In this document: positions 48,965 to 58,319 of the stretch, one piece after another
How the letters are laid out: each line of letters starts with the position of its first letter
How positions within the stretch are numbered: the stretch's first letter is position 1
Source of the DNA: Candidatus Thorarchaeota archaeon
GTDB taxonomy: Archaea > Asgardarchaeota > Thorarchaeia > Thorarchaeales > Thorarchaeaceae
DNA: 64,000 bases
NCBI GenBank assembly: GCA_019057475.1
Contig: DXJO01000041.1
Location: 96,001 to 160,000 of the forward strand
Direction of reading: 5' to 3'
Translations under genes and position numbers: made by a program
Notes under the pieces: generated by a model
Databases searched by the model: none
What the model was told of the DNA's origin: nothing
Seen by the model: only the letters and a program-made list of their open reading frames with translations

Positions 48965-50743
48965 TTAGTCTACTCTCTTTGTTGAAGCCGCCATCTTGTC
49001 TGGATCCACAATAACCTCAACTATCGAGGGCGTACCTGAATCAAAGGCTTCTCGCAGAGCTGCATCCAAATCCTCAGCTTTCTCAACCCTAATGCCATGA
49101 CCACCGCAGGTTTTTGCAAACTCAGCAAAGTTCGGGTTGGGAAAGCTAACCCCGTACTCAGGAAACCCTTCATGGAGCTGTTCTTTCTTGATATTCTTCA
49201 GCTTGCCGTCATTGAAGACAATCGCTGTGATATCCAGATTCTCTCGAACTGCTGTTGTGAAGTCAGCCATGAGCATCGCAAAACCGCCATCTCCGGAAAC
49301 ACAAATCACTTGTTTTTCAGGAAAGTCAAGCTTGGCGGATAATGCTGCAGGCAGACCAAAACCCATGCTGGCCATATTTGCGCTCAGATAGGGTCTCTGA
49401 CCCTCACAGATGAACTTCTTGTAGAACCAGTAGGTGTGATCCCCTACATCTACAGTGATAATGGCATCATCACTCACATTTCTCTTCAGAGCCTGAATGA
49501 CGTAACCTGGATTTATCGGAGAAGAGAGGTCTTTGGATTCATCCTCAAGCTCCTTGAAGTGTTGCTCACGTATCTTCAGAGCATTGGCAAGAAACTCTTC
49601 ATCTTCTTGCTTCTCCTTTACTAATGGGACCAGTTCCTTGAGGATCTCTTTTGCGTCGCCCACCAGTCCTACATCGACATCGAATGTCTTCCCCACACGT
49701 GTTGGATCGTTATCAATCTGAAGTATCTTGATCCCCGCTGGAACCAGATTTGCTTGTCTAAATCCTGAACCGATAATGATGATGAGTTCAGAATCGCGTA
49801 TTGCCTGAGCAGAATGCTTTGTACCTATTGAACCTAATACACCAAGGGCATACTTGTGGGTTTCATTCACTACTCCTTTTGCTCGTGATGTTGTAACTAT
49901 CGGAGCCTTTAGCTTCTCTGCAAGTTCGACCAATAATTCTCCGGCATGTCTTGCCCCCCAACCTCCAAATACAACAGGTCGTTTGCAGCTATCAATTAGT
50001 TTAGCAGCGGCTTCCAGTTTCTCTCGTGGTGAAACGGTCGGACTCTTGAAGAGTCTTCGATCTGGAGCAATGATTGGTTCGTCGAGGGAATCTACTAGAA
50101 CATCCGTAGGACAACTCAGGACTACAACTCCAGGTTTCTTCAACGCATACTTTGCAGCCATCATGGTAAGTTTTAGTGCTTGATTCGCTCGCGCTATAGT
50201 TTCTGCGTATTCAGAAAAGGGACGAAAGAGTTCAATCTGATCTATTTCTTGAAATGCTTCACTCCCTAGATATACTTCAGGAACCTGGCCAACCAAGGCG
50301 AGTACAGGAGTTCTATCGGTAGCTGAGTCCATCAGTCCAGTGATGAGATTGGTTGCTCCTGGTCCAGCTATAGATATACAGACTCCCAATTCATCCGTAA
50401 TTTTGCCGTGAGCTGCAGCCATGAATGCCGCTGTTTCTTCGTGTCGAGTCAGGATAAACGAGATGCTGTCGTTTGTCCGGATGGCATTGATAAGAGGAAG
50501 ATTAGAGGTTCCGGGAATACCATAGACCTTGTTGACACCAAGGGCAACAAGTTGTTCAATGATCTTCTCTGCAACGTTGGTTTCCCCCTTGCTCTCACTT
50601 TTCACGCCTTCAGCAGGGACAAAGGCAGATTTCGGTGCCCCACACACAGGACACGCGTATGAGTGAGGAAGACCTGGGAAGGGTTTGCCCTCAACATTCT
50701 CATCATAGACCCAGTTGCACACGGTACATCGATATTTTCCCAT
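48965..50743 (-). CDS. Rubredoxin fused to a TPP-dependent pyruvate oxidase/acetolactate synthase-like enzyme
   Basis: N-terminal YRCTVCNWVYD...CPVCGAPKSAF; YGIPG, TRHEETAAF, GPGATN, SGDGGFAM...FND TPP motif. Confidence 0.9.
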   Translation of the reverse strand: MGKYRCTVCNWVYDENVEGKPFPGLPHSYACPVCGAPKSAFVPAEGVKSESKGETNVAEKIIEQLVALGVNKVYGIPGTSNLPLINAIRTNDSISFILTRHEETAAFMAAAHGKITDELGVCISIAGPGATNLITGLMDSATDRTPVLALVGQVPEVYLGSEAFQEIDQIELFRPFSEYAETIARANQALKLTMMAAKYALKKPGVVVLSCPTDVLVDSLDEPIIAPDRRLFKSPTVSPREKLEAAAKLIDSCKRPVVFGGWGARHAGELLVELAEKLKAPIVTTSRAKGVVNETHKYALGVLGSIGTKHSAQAIRDSELIIIIGSGFRQANLVPAGIKILQIDNDPTRVGKTFDVDVGLVGDAKEILKELVPLVKEKQEDEEFLANALKIREQHFKELEDESKDLSSPINPGYVIQALKRNVSDDAIITVDVGDHTYWFYKKFICEGQRPYLSANMASMGFGLPAALSAKLDFPEKQVICVSGDGGFAMLMADFTTAVRENLDITAIVFNDGKLKNIKKEQLHEGFPEYGVSFPNPNFAEFAKTCGGHGIRVEKAEDLDAALREAFDSGTPSIVEVIVDPDKMAASTKRVD

Positions 50744-50884
50744 GCAGAAACCTCAGACTAGATCCCCTAGTTGTGAAGGGGATTTTCTCCCTACATACTG
50801 CATCTAATAAACAGAGTGCATAAGGAGACACTTATAACAAAATTAACCATTGTTAACTTATCGTTAGTTTTGGAGAAGATAATA

Positions 50885-51298
50885 ATGGATGACATGGTTA
50901 AGATGCTTGCTGACGCGCCTCAAGAACAGAGAATGCAGATGATAACTGAACGTCTGAAAATGATGGCGGGTCAACCAGAACCTCAGAGAATTGAGTCGGT
51001 GAAAGGTCTAGTGATGGCAATTTCAAAGCTCGATGATAAGAAGAAGGCTCCTTTCGTTGCTGATCGTACAATGTGCATTGCACGGTTACCTGATGAGCAG
51101 AAGAGTGCCATACTTACAGCGAGAGTAAAAATTGGTTCTCAGATTCCTGAGAATGTTAACAATCTGGACATGAAGCAAACTGTGATGGCTGTTAACCAAT
51201 GGCCAGAAGAGAAACGTAACATGTTCATGCAGGGGCTCAAGAAGGCTTTCGAGGCTGTCAATGTCCCAATGCCAGATCTTAAGGCACTGATGAAATAG
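50885..51298 (+). CDS. Hypothetical all-helical protein
   Basis: Repeated [LA]P.E.R/K helix-turn units; start at ATG 50885. Confidence 0.7.
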   Translation: MDDMVKMLADAPQEQRMQMITERLKMMAGQPEPQRIESVKGLVMAISKLDDKKKAPFVADRTMCIARLPDEQKSAILTARVKIGSQIPENVNNLDMKQTVMAVNQWPEEKRNMFMQGLKKAFEAVNVPMPDLKALMK

Positions 51299-51383
51299 TA
51301 GGTGCAATGGGCATCCATCTGGCACGTTCAGAACCAGGTGGAGCCTCTTGCATTGTTTTGTTTCCCGATTTTGTGGGGGTTTT

Positions 51384-52877
51384 ATGATTATGATGGATGG
51401 ATTAGTAAAAAGATACAGAACAATACTGATGGTCGGTATGTTACTGGTAGTAGTTTCCTTCTTTGTCGGAATCTGGAGGTTGATTAACCAGGCCACACTA
51501 GAAAGCATAATTGATACATCATCTGCGGCGTATCTGTCTGCTTCTGCTATTGAGGCCATTCTGCATGCGTATGCAGAGATTGTGCCGCTATTTGGACTTG
51601 GCATTCTCAAGCTTGGAATAGGGTTCGCGATTGTAACGATAGTTGTCAGCCTTAGAACAACTGGTGAGAACGCACGGACAAGTCTTGCGAGAATTGACTT
51701 GCAACCGCCGGAGGTGAAGCCACCTCTCTTCGCGCGGATATTCGCAAAAATGTTAGTCTTGGGCATATTGATAGAATTGGTTGCCGTGTTCATCACCATA
51801 GCATGGATGGCAGCCGAGGTCGCTATCATTGATCCAGGTTTGGCACACCTCCTTGAGATATTTGCCGAACCTCTTGAGGGCTTAGGAGTTTCATTGCTGA
51901 TTGGGGGTATAGCTTTAGGCCTTGCAACAATTGTACTGAATCTTATGACACAAGCGATTGTTCTACCGGGCAGACTCATTCATATGGCAACAGGAAAGGA
52001 ATCAAAGCCTGGGAACATCAAGGATTTATTCCCAAAGCGGACACTGATGGTCACGTACCTAGGAATGATCATCACAGCGACTGGCCTTATTCCACTAGCC
52101 TTCATTAGACTGTTCATAGACATTCCAACTCCAACCTGGGAAAACTGGATGTTCGTCGGAATTGGAATCATGCTGTTCTCTATTGCATACTGGCTCCTCA
52201 CCATAATCAAATGGTTGAGAGCACAGAGGGTCAATCTTGGCAAAGCTGTTGCCGAGTCAGCTGGAATAGATGTCCCAGAGATAGAATCGCCTCTGTCAAT
52301 TACTAAACTAGTTCCGATACTGGCGTTCATTGGATTACTCTGGATGATATCCTTCGCGATACTGGGTCTGCTATTCCCAACTGGGTTGCTTAGTCCATTT
52401 GGACCATTGGTTAGGCCTGGCAAAGCCATTGGAATGGCTACTATCTTTCTTGGAATCGGGTTGGCTTTGATGACAATTGTAGTGAATCTCAGACTCACTG
52501 CATTCATGCTTCCTGGGTCGTTCTCTAAAATCGTCAGCGCCATTAAGGGTGAGAAGGTTGAAGGTGCACCTGGTTTCTCTGTTGGGAACCCGATGTCACT
52601 TGCACCGAAGAAACTCTTTGCGGGGATGATAGCGGGAGCAATCATTGCAGCCATGGGCACAGTTCCGCTGGCATGGATCAGGATAGCTATTCCAGACCTG
52701 TTCTTCATTGCTGAACGCATGATTGGAACAACTGTCGCACTAGGTATTGGGATGATCTTCTTCTTCATAGGTCTCTTCTTCGGTACGATAGTGACCTTCG
52801 TGAGCGGAAGGCGGACAATGATCAGTGAAGGCATTGAAACCTGTGTCTACTATGTAGCTGAAAAGCGAGATAAATAG
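51384..52877 (+). CDS. Membrane protein built from five internal two-helix repeats
   Basis: Five copies of a G.G.....I...L.TIV..L motif spaced about 85-95 aa. Confidence 0.75.
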   Translation: MIMMDGLVKRYRTILMVGMLLVVVSFFVGIWRLINQATLESIIDTSSAAYLSASAIEAILHAYAEIVPLFGLGILKLGIGFAIVTIVVSLRTTGENARTSLARIDLQPPEVKPPLFARIFAKMLVLGILIELVAVFITIAWMAAEVAIIDPGLAHLLEIFAEPLEGLGVSLLIGGIALGLATIVLNLMTQAIVLPGRLIHMATGKESKPGNIKDLFPKRTLMVTYLGMIITATGLIPLAFIRLFIDIPTPTWENWMFVGIGIMLFSIAYWLLTIIKWLRAQRVNLGKAVAESAGIDVPEIESPLSITKLVPILAFIGLLWMISFAILGLLFPTGLLSPFGPLVRPGKAIGMATIFLGIGLALMTIVVNLRLTAFMLPGSFSKIVSAIKGEKVEGAPGFSVGNPMSLAPKKLFAGMIAGAIIAAMGTVPLAWIRIAIPDLFFIAERMIGTTVALGIGMIFFFIGLFFGTIVTFVSGRRTMISEGIETCVYYVAEKRDK

Positions 52878-52890
52878 ATGAAACAATAGG

Positions 52891-52927
52891 GGTGGTGACC
52901 ACTTGGTCACTGCCGCTCTTTTCTTTG
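52891..52927 (+). terminator. Hairpin plus T-rich tract
   Basis: GGTGGTGACC-actt-GGTCACTGCC followed by ctcttttcttt. Confidence 0.55.
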
Positions 52928-53036
52928 GCAAGACTTAATGTGGAGAGAGAAGTATTTGCTAGACCTGCTGTTACTAGTCTAGCTGACTTATGTGAATAGT
53001 TTTATATCGACTCCAGAGGCAAGCGGCTTTAGTTGA

Positions 53037-53142
53037 GCCTCGGTGGCCAAGCGGCTAAGGCGTTTCCCTCGTAAGGAAGAGATCGCGGGTTCAAAAAGAG
53101 TTGCGACTTCTGCAGCTTTTGAAAATCCCGCCCGGGGCTCCA
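53037..53142 (+). tRNA. tRNA-Thr(CGT) with T-loop intron at position 59/60 (53096-53125)
   Basis: GCCTCGG/CCGGGGC acceptor; TTTCC CTCGTAA GGAAG; strict BHB TTCA/TGAA with AAA and AAT bulges; splicing restores TTCAAAT. Confidence 0.92.
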
Positions 53143-53248
53143 TTCCTTTTCTTCGCTTCAAGCCTATAGAGCACAGATAACAAGTCAGCTGGTTTTATCA
53201 GCGAATAGCTGCCTATATTACTTGGAATCGTGAAAGGAGAGTACGAAG

Positions 53249-53611
53249 TTGTCACGCAAAGCTACGGGCGTGGAAATCTGGGCCATTCTGATGATCCTAG
53301 TCGGGCTCATGTATCTAATAACGGGCATTGATGTAGTGATATTCAGCTACATCATTGGATATGACACTACGGGTCCTCTTCTGTGGCTATTGTACCCGAT
53401 TTTCATGATTGTTGTGGGATGGGAGCTTACAAATCTCAAGTACTGGGCGTGGGTGTGTACGATTGCATTAATTGTAATCGGGATTTTCAGAACTGTTAAC
53501 GACCTGATTATTTACGGATATTGGCAAAGCATTCCGGGGGTGGCAACCCTCACCGTAATTCTCGTGTACTTCCTAGCAGCGAAGACCCGAAGCCAGTTCA
53601 CGTGGCACTGA
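53249..53611 (+). CDS. Small 4-TM hypothetical membrane protein
   Basis: AGGAG plus TTG start, four hydrophobic helices. Confidence 0.7.
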   Translation: MSRKATGVEIWAILMILVGLMYLITGIDVVIFSYIIGYDTTGPLLWLLYPIFMIVVGWELTNLKYWAWVCTIALIVIGIFRTVNDLIIYGYWQSIPGVATLTVILVYFLAAKTRSQFTWH

Positions 53612-53645
53612 GCTCGTGGTTCCTGAACAGAGAGTTCTAATCATA

Positions 53646-53659
53646 CCGGGGACTCCATT
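53646..53659 (+). repeat. Possible degenerate copy of tRNA-Thr 3' end
   Basis: ccggggactccatt vs ccggggctccatt (53132-53144); short. Confidence 0.35.
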
Positions 53660-54007
53660 ACTCCCTTTTCATGCAGAATGCTCAGCAACTTGTGCAGGTT
53701 TCAACAACCTTATTGGGAGTCGGAAACCATTTTTGAGGAACAGGTGAAAAAGAAATGAAAAATAAGAAACCAAGAAAGGTCTACATCAAGGCCTCAAAAC
53801 CAGCCCTATTTGAGTGGCTGGCCGGAACTACCAGATAATCAAGGTAGTTCACAACAAGAGAACAGATCGGATTGTCACTTCGAAGTGACTCCCTCTGTTC
53901 CGAAGATACATTCTCTCTTTTCCGAAGCAATCTTCTTCCTACAGAAATCCTTATCACAGGTTTCAAAATCGATTGCGATAACCCTCTTGAGATGAACTCT
54001 TACAATT

Positions 54008-54125
54008 GCGGAGGTTGCCCAGCCAGGTTAAAGGCGCTAGGTTGAGGGCCTAGTCTCGTAGGAGTTCGCGAGACTTCGAGCCGAATCGACTCGGAGCGAC
54101 AATTCAAATCTCGCCCTCCGCACCA
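54008..54125 (+). tRNA. tRNA-Leu(GAG) with ~30-nt intron at about position 53/54 (54073-54102)
   Basis: GCGGAGG/CCTCCGC acceptor, CTAGG TTGAGGG CCTAG, variable arm, GCGAG-[hairpin insert]-TTCAAAT-CTCGC, CCA. Confidence 0.9.
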
Positions 54126-54174
54126 CTTCTCTATGTGTTTCCAAGGCTAGGCATCAACAGAGTCGTGCTCGTAC

Positions 54175-55182
54175 CTAAGCATTTTCCGGCACATGCGCTC
54201 TGAGAAACGTGAGTAGTTCTGAATTCATCTGTTCCACGTGGTTTCCCAACCAGACAATATGCCCTACACTCTCAAGTCTGCATAGTTTCGCGTCGGGAAT
54301 TGCGGCGGCCGTGAATTCTGCATTTGAAAACGCCACATCTCTATCTGCTGTTCCATGAATGACGAGTGTTGGACATACTATGGCGTCCAGATGATGCATA
54401 GATACCTGTGTGAGACGCTTCAGATCATTCCGCAGACCCACCTTGCGGGGGCTGAGAGGAGAAGCCGTGCGAATGAGCCTCTTGTACCACTCGACCTGCT
54501 CAGGTGTTCTAGTTACTCGTTCAACATAGTTGTCAATTTCTTTTGATTGCAGTGCCAGGTTCTCTTTGAACATCTGTTTCAGGGAGATTGATGGCCAGTA
54601 CTCTGTCAACACATTGAACATCCAAATCCCTATGTCCATGAATGCGTCTGAGAGAATCACACTACCAAGTAGTGAACTCCTTTGACTCTTCTTTGCCCCG
54701 TACTGTTCACTGACCGCGGATATCATGACCAAGGCCCATATGCGGTCTGGATAGCGCAATGCGAATTGCAGTGCAGGCGGGCCTCCGGCAGAAACGCCAA
54801 GAACAGCAACTCTAGAGATGCCCAAGGAATCCAGTAGGGCTGCTATGGCATCGGCTTGCTCCTCATATGTTTCGCCTGATGTTAGAGGTGTTTGCAGGTA
54901 TCCAGGTCTGGAACAGGCAAGGACCGAGAAGCCTTTGCCCGGCCACTTCTCCATCACAAGCAAGCTTTGGTCATATCCGCCAGGTGCACCATGAATCGGT
55001 AATAGTACTGGGCCCGCTCCTTGAAGAGCATATTCGATTGGACCAACAGACGTGTTCGCAATGCTGCCTCCCATGTGCAGGTCAGAGAGAAGGTTTCTCT
55101 TCCAGCGTCTGAAGCCAGATATCAACCGCATGGAGAGGACTATCAAAAAGACCAACACTATTGCGAAGATTTCCGCTGGCAT
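54175..55182 (-). CDS. Membrane-anchored alpha/beta hydrolase
   Basis: N-terminal TM, HGAPGGYDQ, SRPGYL.TP, GVSAGG, HGTAD, GH. Confidence 0.9.
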   Translation of the reverse strand: MPAEIFAIVLVFLIVLSMRLISGFRRWKRNLLSDLHMGGSIANTSVGPIEYALQGAGPVLLPIHGAPGGYDQSLLVMEKWPGKGFSVLACSRPGYLQTPLTSGETYEEQADAIAALLDSLGISRVAVLGVSAGGPPALQFALRYPDRIWALVMISAVSEQYGAKKSQRSSLLGSVILSDAFMDIGIWMFNVLTEYWPSISLKQMFKENLALQSKEIDNYVERVTRTPEQVEWYKRLIRTASPLSPRKVGLRNDLKRLTQVSMHHLDAIVCPTLVIHGTADRDVAFSNAEFTAAAIPDAKLCRLESVGHIVWLGNHVEQMNSELLTFLRAHVPENA

Positions 55183-55255
55183 AATGAACCCGTCTGCTGG
55201 TCAACCCTAGCGGGCTAAGAATCTTCTTTTCTGTTCTTGCGTCCTAACTCGTATA

Positions 55256-55278
55256 TTCGAATCCCGCCCTCCGCACCA
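55256..55278 (+). repeat. Duplicated tRNA-Leu 3' end (att-like)
   Basis: ttcgaatcccgccctccgcacca vs 54103-54125, 21/23 identical. Confidence 0.8.
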
Positions 55279-55353
55279 TTCAATTTCATTGTAAGGCCAA
55301 TAAGAAAAGTGTCCAGTCAATACTTGCCAGTAAGAAGTCAAGATGTCTTCGGG

Positions 55354-55510
55354 GGACCCACCCCCATGCAAGGGGGGAGGGGCTGCATATGCGGGGATGG
55401 GTCCGTGATGTGAGAAGCTTCATCTGGAGCGCAACGAATCCCTGTTGAGGCCGCTGGGAGGTGTGGTGGTAATCAGCGCCTCAAAGGAAGCCAGAGCTGC
55501 TCACATTGAT
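55354..55510. ncRNA. Candidate structured non-coding RNA of unknown class
   Basis: GC-rich intergenic stretch with stems GGACCCA/TGGGTCC, ATGCA/TGCAT, ATGTGAG/CTCACAT, CTGG/CCAG, TGAGG/CCTCA, CGCTG/CAGCG. Confidence 0.4.
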
Positions 55511-55710
55511 TGTTATTCATAGATCAGTTCTTTGCAATTTAAGCGCCTCATGCCAGTAGTTGACCAAATGTGATGCATAATCCATACAAGACCGGACATC
55601 CAGTCAACTCAGCCGGAAAAATCACACCAAGTGGGAAAAACACTCCGTTGAGGACAATGTATAAAGGCATCATTGGGCGGGTGCTCCTAGACTCCAAGGG
55701 GCGAGCTCTT

Positions 55711-56712
55711 ATGACATCTCTAAGGATTGGAATCATCGGCGCGGGCAATATGGGTGGAATACACGCCCGAATTCTTAGTGACTTGCGTCTATTGGCTGGC
55801 ATCACAGACACGGACCAAGACAGAGCCAAGGAAGTCGCCAGTAGGCATGGGGTTGAGTTCTTTGAAAGCTATGAGGCAATGATCGAGTCAACCTCAGTCG
55901 ATGGCGTGATTATCGCCACACCTACGTCAACTCACGCAATAATCACGGAGAGCATAGCCCGCAAATATGAAAATATTCGAGGCATTCTGATAGAGAAGCC
56001 CCTTGCAAGCAACCTCAAGGACGCAAAGAAAGTGGCGAAGTTGCTGAAGGAAAAGGGCATCGCCGCTGTAGTTTCGCACTCAGAGATTTACAACCCAGTG
56101 GTCGGCCGAGCTTTAGCTCTGATTAGATCTGGCGCAATCGGCATACCCCAGACCATCATCCATGATAGAAGAGGGTTCGTTCAGCCAAGCAGAATCCCGT
56201 CACTTGGTGATGTCTTCGAGGACATAGGAGTGCATGATTTCGACATCATGGCCAGGATAAGCAGTGGGCCTGCAACGCTTTACGCGCAATGCAATGATGT
56301 AAGTGGCATATACAATGCTGGTACTGTGATGGTGAAGTTCGAAAGTGGTGCACAACACTTCTTCCACCTATCTAGGCAATACGCAGGCAGAAAACGCTCG
56401 ATGGATGTTTCTGGCACAAAGGGAGCGTTGGTTCTGGACCTGTTCGGGCAGATCATTAAAGTTATGGACCTTGACCAGGAGCCATCTGCGGGAAGAGGGG
56501 CAATCAGACTTCCTGAGAGAGGTGCAACCATCAAAGTCTATGGGGAGCCTCTTGGAGAGGTGATCAGTGACTTTCTAATCTGCATCGAAACAGGTGTTGC
56601 ACCCAAGGTGAGTGTTGATGATGGCGTTGCCGCCTTGGAAGTTGTGGAAGCAGCAAGAAAGAGCGCTAGTACTGGCCGGATTGTCGACGTTGATGTCAAA
56701 CCTAGGGAATGA
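55711..56712 (+). CDS. Gfo/Idh/MocA-family oxidoreductase
   Basis: IGIIGAGNMG, IATPT..H, IEKP, DIGVHDFD. Confidence 0.9.
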   Translation: MTSLRIGIIGAGNMGGIHARILSDLRLLAGITDTDQDRAKEVASRHGVEFFESYEAMIESTSVDGVIIATPTSTHAIITESIARKYENIRGILIEKPLASNLKDAKKVAKLLKEKGIAAVVSHSEIYNPVVGRALALIRSGAIGIPQTIIHDRRGFVQPSRIPSLGDVFEDIGVHDFDIMARISSGPATLYAQCNDVSGIYNAGTVMVKFESGAQHFFHLSRQYAGRKRSMDVSGTKGALVLDLFGQIIKVMDLDQEPSAGRGAIRLPERGATIKVYGEPLGEVISDFLICIETGVAPKVSVDDGVAALEVVEAARKSASTGRIVDVDVKPRE

Positions 56713-57994
56713 CTGTAGCAGCTAGATGCGTTCGATGAGTCATTGTAATTTCTACATCAACAGTGCTTCCCGGCGTCAGCTGTTTCTGAATAATAACCGC
56801 CTTGTACGAGGTGTTCCTGCAAAGCGTTCCACCTTTCGAAGCAGCACCTACTACTAGGACTGGGCCGGTCCATCCGAGCCAAGTCGCATTCTGCTCGGTT
56901 ATGACCTCTGTAACAAGTGCAGATAGCTGTCGGCTTCTATCTTTTTTGACAGATGTATTGACCTTGTTCTTGGCCCGCGAGGCTACTGTGCCAGGGCGAT
57001 CCCCATATTTCGATATGTTAACGATAGGGGGCTTTAGGTTGCTAATGACTTCAAGCGTCTTGTTGAAGTCTTCGTCAGTTTCACCAGGAAAGCCTACAAT
57101 GATGTCCGTGGCGATTGTAGCCAGTGGAATCTTCCTTTGGATTGAGCGCACAGCTGATTGCCAATCTTCAACCGAGTAGCGCCGCTCCATGTCACCGAGG
57201 ATGCTGTTGCTGCCTGATTGTAGTGGTATATGGAAGAACTTGAAGAAACGAGGGGAACTCATGACCTGCAGAAACTCATCGATTGAGGCTAGGATATGAT
57301 GGGGGTTAAACATGCCCAGCCTGAACATGTGAGCCCCCTTAATGGCCTCTAAAACCTGCAGAAGCTCTACAAGGGTTTCTCCGGTCTCATGTCCGTAGAC
57401 TCCTGTGTCTTGGCCTGTTAGGCGAATCTCCCGGTAGCCTTGGTGAACACATCGACAAACCACATCGTGCAGTGATTTGATTGAATAGCTTTTCACATTG
57501 CCCCTAGCGAATTTGACTGCGCAATACGTACAGCTGCCCAAGCAGCCTTCGCAGAGGGGAACTGTACACACGACACTGCCGGGTGGACCTTTGAAGAACT
57601 GGAGCTTGGAGCCAGTATCGGGTTCAAGGTGAAGAAGGCCGCGTTCACCTTTCATCACACGGTCAACAATCAAGCCTAGAGTTTCAATCGATTGGGGACC
57701 AAGAATAGCCGCGTAGTTGGGGATTGCCCTCTGCACTCTTCTAAGAGATATTATTGGCAAACACCCAGCAACAATTACGAGCCTTGCCATCTTCGAAAGT
57801 TCTTCCAAACGATGAATGATCCTGTCCTCTGTTGGCTCCTTGACACCACATGTGTTCAATATGATGACATGAGCCTCATCGGGACTGAGAACTCGCTTGA
57901 CGCCCCGATCGCTAAGATGGCCTGCAATCATGTCTGAGTCTGCAGTGTTTAGGGCGCACCCGTAGGTTTCCAAGTAGTATGATGTTGCGCCCAA
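56702..57994 (-). CDS. mtaB: tRNA t6A37 methylthiotransferase (MtaB/CDKAL1-like; UPF0004, radical SAM, TRAM)
   Basis: ETYGC.LN.ADS, NTC.VK, AGCLP, GCLGSCTYC, HIPLQSGS, DIIVGFPGET. Confidence 0.85.
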   Translation of the reverse strand: MGATSYYLETYGCALNTADSDMIAGHLSDRGVKRVLSPDEAHVIILNTCGVKEPTEDRIIHRLEELSKMARLVIVAGCLPIISLRRVQRAIPNYAAILGPQSIETLGLIVDRVMKGERGLLHLEPDTGSKLQFFKGPPGSVVCTVPLCEGCLGSCTYCAVKFARGNVKSYSIKSLHDVVCRCVHQGYREIRLTGQDTGVYGHETGETLVELLQVLEAIKGAHMFRLGMFNPHHILASIDEFLQVMSSPRFFKFFHIPLQSGSNSILGDMERRYSVEDWQSAVRSIQRKIPLATIATDIIVGFPGETDEDFNKTLEVISNLKPPIVNISKYGDRPGTVASRAKNKVNTSVKKDRSRQLSALVTEVITEQNATWLGWTGPVLVVGAASKGGTLCRNTSYKAVIIQKQLTPGSTVDVEITMTHRTHLAATVIP

Positions 57995-58005
57995 ATGTAT
58001 GTCAC

Positions 58006-58287
58006 CTATCCGCCTTGCACGTGAGGAAGAATGGAAACCACATCATCCTCACTCACCAAGGTGGCCTCTCCGTTCAGAGTGGCCACGTCCTTCTTATTCA
58101 ACAGCACTATAAGGTTCCCGCTGATGCGTGACCCATTCATTATCAGGCGGTTCACATCAGGGCCTCCTATCTTGATGACCCGGGATATCACTTCCCGAAC
58201 TGTGGAGTCAGAAGGAACCTCAATCTCAATCAGACTCCCTTTCAGCAGTCGTCTGAGTGGCCCAAAGGACTTGAACATGACACGCAT
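58006..58287 (-). CDS. MoaD/ThiS/SAMP ubiquitin-like protein
   Basis: Beta-grasp pattern, IVLLN, C-terminal LPHVQGG. Confidence 0.88.
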   Translation of the reverse strand: MRVMFKSFGPLRRLLKGSLIEIEVPSDSTVREVISRVIKIGGPDVNRLIMNGSRISGNLIVLLNKKDVATLNGEATLVSEDDVVSILPHVQGG

Positions 58288-58319
58288 ATGTCGGACCTGT
58301 TGGAACGCCCGCCTGTATG

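Noticed and set aside
54008-54125. tRNA-Sec
   Set aside because: The anticodon is GAG with a normal 7-bp acceptor stem; the extra length is an intron.
55354-55510. SRP RNA, RNase P RNA or cobalamin riboswitch
   Set aside because: No SRP helix-8 motif or RNase P P4 consensus on either strand; the AGCCAG resemblance to a B12 box lacks the other conserved elements.
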